DNA from: Amoebophrya sp. A120
Lineage: Eukaryota; Protista; Dinoflagellata
Direction of reading: 5' to 3'
Length of the DNA: 64,000 nt
Assembly (NCBI GenBank): GCA_905178155.1
Contig: CAJINV010000004.1
Coordinates: forward strand, 10,001,546-10,065,545
The notes beneath the pieces are model-generated. The model searched no databases, was not told the origin of the DNA, and saw only the letters and a list, made by a program, of their open reading frames with translations. Every line of letters starts with the position of its first letter. Within the stretch, counting starts at the first letter, position 1. Position numbers and translations under genes: made by a program. Below are positions 58,901-64,000 of the stretch, piece by piece.

Positions 58901-60062
58901 GAGTACGATGCTTTTTCTGTTCATACCTGATGGACCTCAACAAAAACGCATTGCGAGGCGAGAATCACAGTACGGCCGGAGCTGGGGTATGAGAGTGCAC
59001 ATTCTCCCTCCCCCTCATTTGTATGTGCGCGTGAACAACAATACAAGCACAGGCACACGTGGAGCCTCTGCATGACAAATTTATGCACTGATGTGGTGCA
59101 GTCGGGTATGCATGACGAATGAAGGGGGAGGGGGAGTAGTTGTGCACTCTCATATGGGGATACTCGGTGTTCATACATTTCAAAGTAGCGTGATTATGCT
59201 GACCCTGCGACGTCCTCACCTCTGACTGTGACACTCGTATGAAGGAGGTGTGGATGCTGGACAACTGAGCTCGCCGATGGGACCAGGCAGGTTCCATTTT
59301 CAGGCATGTCTTCTCATTCTCAATTAATACATCTGGTCTTAAATAAACAGCTTGTGCTTGCTCCTCGTCATGATCATGCGCCTGCTATCGCATAAAACTT
59401 TTTTGAACTAAAGCGTGCTACTCCGAAAGATTGAACACTGCATACCGAAGAAAGCGCTGCAGTCCGCGCTGGGTCTCCACCTCCGTGAAGACGACCGTGA
59501 TCTTTCTCCTGGTGAAAGCGGAACTGGAACTGAAAATGGAATGCGAATGGAGCAAACGACACGCACCATCTGCGGTCTCCCGGTCTCCATCGACGAAATC
59601 GTCGACGAAGCCACTGCCGACGCCACCCTGCAGGACATGAAGCCCGCGCCGTTGGACGTGGTGTCGTACTGCGCCGAAGATTTGATTTTCACCAACCAGG
59701 GCCTTGGCCACCCCCTGCACCCCTTTCCGGACACGAAGGTGAAGCAGCCCCTGCGGCTGTTCTGCGTCCGCAGTTTGCTGTTCGCAGCGCATTATTCCAA
59801 CAAATTTCCCTTCTGGCACGCGGCAATCGGGCTAGCGTTTCGGGCAGAGTACTTGTTCAGAACTACCGGAGCGGTTGTAGTTGAGGGGGCTGCGGGAGCT
59901 GCTGCTGCGCGAGCCCGTTCTACGGCGACCACTATCCCTGCCGTCGAATCTGACAAAGTTGAAGATGATGCAACTAATGAAGATCCTACTTCTAGTGCGG
60001 CGGCCTCGGCGGGACATCAGGGTGCACCAGCTGCAGACGGCCAGGACGAGAGCCATATCGTC
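55911..60062 (+). CDS. Hypothetical protein, 3'-partial (continues beyond the window after the intron starting at 60063)
   Basis: Exons 55911-56474, 57241-57740, 57965-58776, 58931-58987, 59160-59173 and 59418-60062 join in frame. Start uncertain; hydrophobic N-terminus; no domain recognised. Confidence 0.6.
56475..57231. mobile_element. MULE-like non-autonomous element (GG..CC termini, 9-bp TSD) inserted in a CDS
   Basis: TSD AACAAAATG at 56466-56474 and 57232-57240. TIR GGTAGGAGTGTGAATCACCTCCCCAC / GTGGGGAGGTGATTCACACCATAACC, with subterminal CACCTCCCC repeats. Confidence 0.8.
56676..56727. repeat. Perfect 52-bp palindrome
   Basis: TCGTCGAGGCCAGCCGGCGCGACGGC|GCCGTCGCGCCGGCTGGCCTCGACGA. 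Confidence 0.95.
57741..57959. mobile_element. Introner family B
   Basis: TSD GCGGG/GCGGG. Confidence 0.9.
58777..58925. mobile_element. Introner family A
   Basis: TSD TCTGA/CCTGA. Confidence 0.85.
58988..59154. mobile_element. Introner family B (short)
   Basis: TSD TGGGG/TGGGG. Confidence 0.9.
59174..59412. mobile_element. Highly eroded introner
   Basis: Weak TIR TACATTTCAAAG / TTTTGAACTAAA; element+5 joins in frame to ORF 59415. Confidence 0.45.
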
Positions 60063-60139
60063 TATGACAGCCTCAGGTTGGAAATCCTCAAAGTGGAAAT
60101 GATTACTATTGAAACTGCAGCAACTACCCAAATCTGAGT

Positions 60140-60432
60140 TTTCTACCCCGGATCCAGGGTAGGTTCCAGGGTAGGTTCCAGGGTAGGTAACACGAGGGGA
60201 CAGTGGATTTAAGAGGGGGGGGGGTACAGCCTACCCAGGAACCGACCCAGGAACCGACTCAACCCGACTCCTCAGCCGACCGATACAGCTCGGGTAAAGA
60301 AACAAACACGAGCTGTGGAGTCGGGTGAAGAGTCGGGTAAAAGTCGGGTCCAGGGTAGGTTTTGAGTCGGGTAAAGTCGGGCACATAGCTCGGGAAAGGG
60401 AAAGCGACCTTACCCGACTCTACCCGACTCGT
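60140..60432. repeat. Short direct and inverted repeats (CCAGGGTAGGTT, ACCCGACTC/GAGTCGGGT)
   Basis: CCAGGGTAGGT x3; CCCAGGAACCGA x2; ACCCGACTC versus GAGTCGGGT inverted copies. Confidence 0.7.
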
Positions 60433-60799
60433 CCAGCAGATGCGACATAGTTTGCCAATGCGTCTGCTCTGGACGATCAGAAGCAGAGCGCCGAAGCTTC
60501 GCAGCGCGGCAACACAAAGCCACACACCCCGCCGGAGTCCTGCTGGCGCCGACTTTCAAAAGCCATCGGGCCCGCTGGATTGTTGCCGGCGCCGGCTCTC
60601 AAAAGTCCGCGGCCCTTCACTGACTGCCCAAAAGCCAGGCAGCAGCCTGGCCGCCGCGGCTGGCTGGCAGGCTTGCTGGGGGCGCCTTGGAACTGCCCGG
60701 CATCGCTCTCCACAGGCTGGCCATCAGCTTGCGGGGTTCCGGACGGTGCAGGCTGAGCAGACTGCACGCGAAAGGCCCGGGCGCAATGACCAAAAGCGG

Positions 60800-61290
60800 G
60801 AGGCGCGGCGACTTCTGCAAGGGCGGGGGCAGCTTCCACAGGTGTGCCACCGGCTTCCAAAAGTCCGCCAGCGACTTCCAAAGGCTGGCGCCAAGCCTGC
60901 TAGATTCCGGCCGCTGCAGACTTCCAAATAAAAGCCCGCCGCCGGCTTCCAAGAGTGAGCGAGCCCACCGGCCCGCGACTTTCAGAGGCCCGCCACCGGC
61001 TTCCAAAAGTCCGCCAGCGACTTCCAAAAGCTGGCGCGAAGCTTGCGGGCCGGGGGCGGTCGGATAGGTATCGGCCGGCACAGACTTCCAAACGCCCGCC
61101 GCCGACTTCCAGAACCCCGCCACCGGCTTCCAAACGCTGGCGCGAAGCTTGCAGGAGTCCGGCTGGTGCAGAGTTAAGCGCAAAAGGCCCGCCAGCGACT
61201 TTCGACCAAAAGTCCGCCAGCGGCTTCCAAAAAATGAAACGCCCGCCAATTGCCCCCAAAACTCCGCCACCGGCTTCCAAAAGGTCGGTG
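60800..61290. repeat. Degenerate GC-rich repeats (GCCACCGGCTTCCAAAAGTCCGCCAGCGACTTCCAAA)
   Basis: Motif recurs at ~60846, 60992, 61119, 61210 and 61265, and again at ~63840. Confidence 0.7.
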
Positions 61291-61639
61291 GCTTGGTCGC
61301 GGGATTCCATCCGGCTGGCGCAGGCTTGCAAAGGTCTGCGCGCCATCTGCTAGCGTCCAAAGCAAGGCTCGGCGGGCGGCGCCACGGGCCGCCGCGTGCC
61401 GGATTTGTTTCTCGCGGGCGCAGACTGGCATGGGGCCACGGAGCAAAACCATGGCCAGAAGCTTCCCGGAATACATACAAAAGGGCGAAGGCGGTGCCCG
61501 GTTTCTCGCGCAAGCTGGCACGTGGACACGGAGCAAAGCCGCGGCCAGAAGCTTCCCAGAGTCAACCGGGCGGCGCAAGGCGTTGCCCGGCCGGTGGGGT
61601 CTCGCGCGGGAACGGGCCAAAATCGTGGCCCGAAGCATC

Positions 61640-63420
61640 GCAGAATCAACTGGGCGGAGGCGGTGCCCGGTTTCTCGCGCAAACTGGCACGGGGACACCA
61701 CACGGAGCAGAGCCGCGGCCAGAGCCTCCGCTTCCGCCGCACTGGCACACGGAGCAAAACCGCTCCCCCCCCCCAGAATTGGGCGGGGGTGGCGCCCGGT
61801 TTCTCGCGCAAACTGGCACGGGCACACGGGGCAAAGCCGCGGCCAGAGCCGTAGTTTCCGCCGCACTGGCACACGGAGCCAAGCCGCTCCCTCCCCAGAA
61901 TTGCGCGAGGACGGTGCCCGGTTTCTCGCGCAAACTGGCACGGGGACACGGAGCAAAGCCGCGGCCAGAGCCGTAGTTTCCGCCGCACTGGCACACGGAG
62001 CAAAGCCGCTCCCTCCCCAGAATTGGGCGAGGGCGGTGCCCGGTTTCTCGCGCAAACTGGCACGGGGACACGGAGCAAAGCCGCGGCCAGAGCCGTAGTT
62101 TCCGCCGCACTGGCACACGGAGCAAAGCCGCTCCCTCCCCAGAATTGGGCGAGGGCGGTGCCCGGTTTCTCGCGCAAACTGGCACGGGGACACGGAGCAA
62201 AGCCGCGGCCAGAGCCGTAGTTTCCGCCGCACTGGCACACGGAGCAAAGCCGCTCCCTCCCCAGAATTGGGCGAGGGCGGTGCCCGGTTTCTCGCGCAAA
62301 CTGGCACGGGGACACGGAGCAAAGCCGCGGCCAGAGCCGTAGTTTCCGCCGCACTGGCACACGGAGCAAAGCCGCTCCCTCCCCAGAATTGGGCGAGGGC
62401 GGTGCCCGGTTTCTCGCGCAAACTGGCACGGGGACACGGAGCAAAGCCGCGGCCAGAGCCGTAGTTTCCGCCGCACTGGCACACGGAGCAAAGCCGCTCC
62501 CTCCCCAGAATTGGGCGAGGGCGGTGCCCGGTTTCTCGCGCAAACTGGCACGGGGACACGGAGCAAAGCCGCGGCCAGAGCCGTAGTTTCCGCCGCACTG
62601 GCACACGGAGCAAAGCCGCTCCCTCCCCAGAATTGGGCGAGGGCGGTGCCCGGTTTCTCGCGCAAACTGGCACGGGGACACGGAGCAAAGCCGCGGCCAG
62701 AGCCGTAGTTTCCGCCGCACTGGCACACGGAGCAAAGCCGCTCCCTCCCCAGAATTGGGCGAGGGCGGTGCCCGGTTTCTCGCGCAAACTGGCACGGGGA
62801 CACGGAGCAAAGCCGCGGCCAGAGCCGTAGTTTCCGCCGCACTGGCACACGGAGCAAAGCCGCTCCCTCCCCAGAATTGGGCGAGGGCGGTGCCCGGTTT
62901 CTCGCGCAAATTGGCACGGGGACACGGAGCAAAGCCGCAGCCAGCGCCGTAGTTTCCGCCACACTGGCACACGGAGCAAAGCCGCTCCCTCCCCAGAATT
63001 GGGCGAGGGCGGTTCCCGGTTTCTCGCGCAAACTGGCGCGGGGACACGGAGCAAAGCCGCGGCCAGAGCCGTAGTAAGTTTCCGCCGCACTGGCACACGG
63101 AGCAAAGCCGCTCCCTCCCAAAAATTGGGCGAGGGCGGTGCCCGGTTTCTCGCGCAAACTGACACGGGGACACGGGGCAAAGCCGCGGCCAGAGCCGTAG
63201 TCTCCGCCGCACTGTCACACGGAGCAAAGCCGCTCCCTTTCCAGAATTGGGCGAGGGCGGTGCCCGGTTTCTCGCGCAAACTGGCACGGGGACATGGAGC
63301 AAAGCCGCGGCCAGAGCCGTTGCCGCCGCACTGGCACACGGAGCAAAACCGCTCCCCCCCCCCCAGAATTGGGCGAGGGCGGTGCCGGGTTTCTCCCGGG
63401 AATTGGCATGGGGGTGCATG
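61640..63420. repeat. 122-bp tandem satellite (~12-14 copies, central copies identical)
   Basis: Identical ORFs recur every 122 bp (62023, 62145 ... 62755, with a variant at 62877). The unit contains CACGGAGCAAAGCCGC twice. Confidence 0.95.
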
Positions 63421-64000
63421 GCGCAAAAGTGCGGCCCGAAGCTTCGCAGAATCAGCCGGGCGAAGGCGGTGCCTGCCCACTTTCTCGCGCAGACTGGCTT
63501 GGGGACACGACACGGGGCAAGGCCGCGGCCTGCGCTTAGTTTCCCAGACTTGGGCGCAGGTGGTGCCCGGTTGGGTTTCTCGCGCCAACTGGCGTGGGCA
63601 CACGGAGCAAAACCATGGCCAGAGGCTCCCCAGAGTAGGGCGAAGGCGGTTCCCGGCTTCTCGCGCGAACTGGCACGGGGACACGGACCAAACCGCGGCC
63701 CGAAGCTTCGCAGAGAAAGAGGCGAGCGGCCGAAGGCGCTGCCTGCCCGCCGGGTGCCCGGTTTCCCGCGGCGACAGACTGGCAGGGGGACACGGACGAG
63801 CAGGTTGCCAACGTCTGCCGCCGGCTAGCTTTCAATCAAAAGTCCGCCAGCGCTTCCAGAAGTCCGGGACGGGCCTCGTGACGTTGGTCGGCGGCTTGCG
63901 GGATTCCGGCCGGCGCAGACATCCAAAAGCCCGGCCGCACTGGCCAAAGAAAAGCCGGGCAGCGACTTCCGCAAGGCTGGGGGCCGCTTCCTTCCGCAGG

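Larger units (their letters stand above)
60063..64000. mobile_element. Introner family H left end with a large nested repeat insertion (runs off the window)
   Basis: TATGACAGCCTCAGGTTGGAAATCCTCAAAGTGGAAAT matches the left TIR of 26401; non-coding repeats from ~60140. Confidence 0.7.

Noticed and set aside
822-58925. Recurrent peptides such as YELQKYRTR, MLRKFVMHLYEYDTF and CKNVWVWK at ORF ends
   Set aside because: Read-through into introner DNA in varying frames; not a repeated protein domain.
61149-63828. ORFs up to 836 aa in the 122-bp array
   Set aside because: Stop-free GC-rich satellite read in several frames; not credible proteins.
1-64000. Autonomous transposase, reverse transcriptase, tRNA or rRNA genes
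   Set aside because: No DDE, RT (YxDD) or structural RNA signatures recognised by eye; an HMM or covariance search would be needed to exclude them fully.

Overview
Eukaryotic genomic DNA, almost certainly from a dinoflagellate-lineage parasite such as Amoebophrya. Evidence: a perfect 22-nt dinoflagellate spliced leader at 12758, all genes on one strand, an alveolate-type IscU, and massive invasion by non-canonical introns. Seven + strand genes were reconstructed by hand: a 5'-partial SC35/SRSF2-like RRM protein, a small hypothetical gene, a giant 37-exon ~7,090-aa DEAH/RHA helicase-like protein (9050-43193) with degenerate catalytic motifs, a CCHC zinc-knuckle protein, mitochondrial IscU, an aldo-keto reductase and a 3'-partial hypothetical gene. 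The genes are interrupted by about 64 transposon-like introner elements from at least 10 sequence families. They share one grammar: 5-bp direct repeat, TAT, terminal inverted repeat ... inverted repeat, ATA, 5-bp direct repeat. Removing the element plus 5 nt restores the frame in nearly every traceable case, in either element orientation and without GT-AG. Conserved IscU and AKR residues place the junction inside the 5-bp repeat, after base 3 or base 4. Several introners carry nested passengers: a spliced-leader-headed, poly(A)-tailed retrocopy with an 8-bp TSD, a 3.5-kb (CG)n-rich foldback element with an 8-bp TSD, and satellite arrays. A separate MULE-like element with a 9-bp TSD also appears to act as an intron. 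No transposase or reverse transcriptase is encoded in the window. There is an assembly gap at 7403-8241. Family labels A-K are my own.
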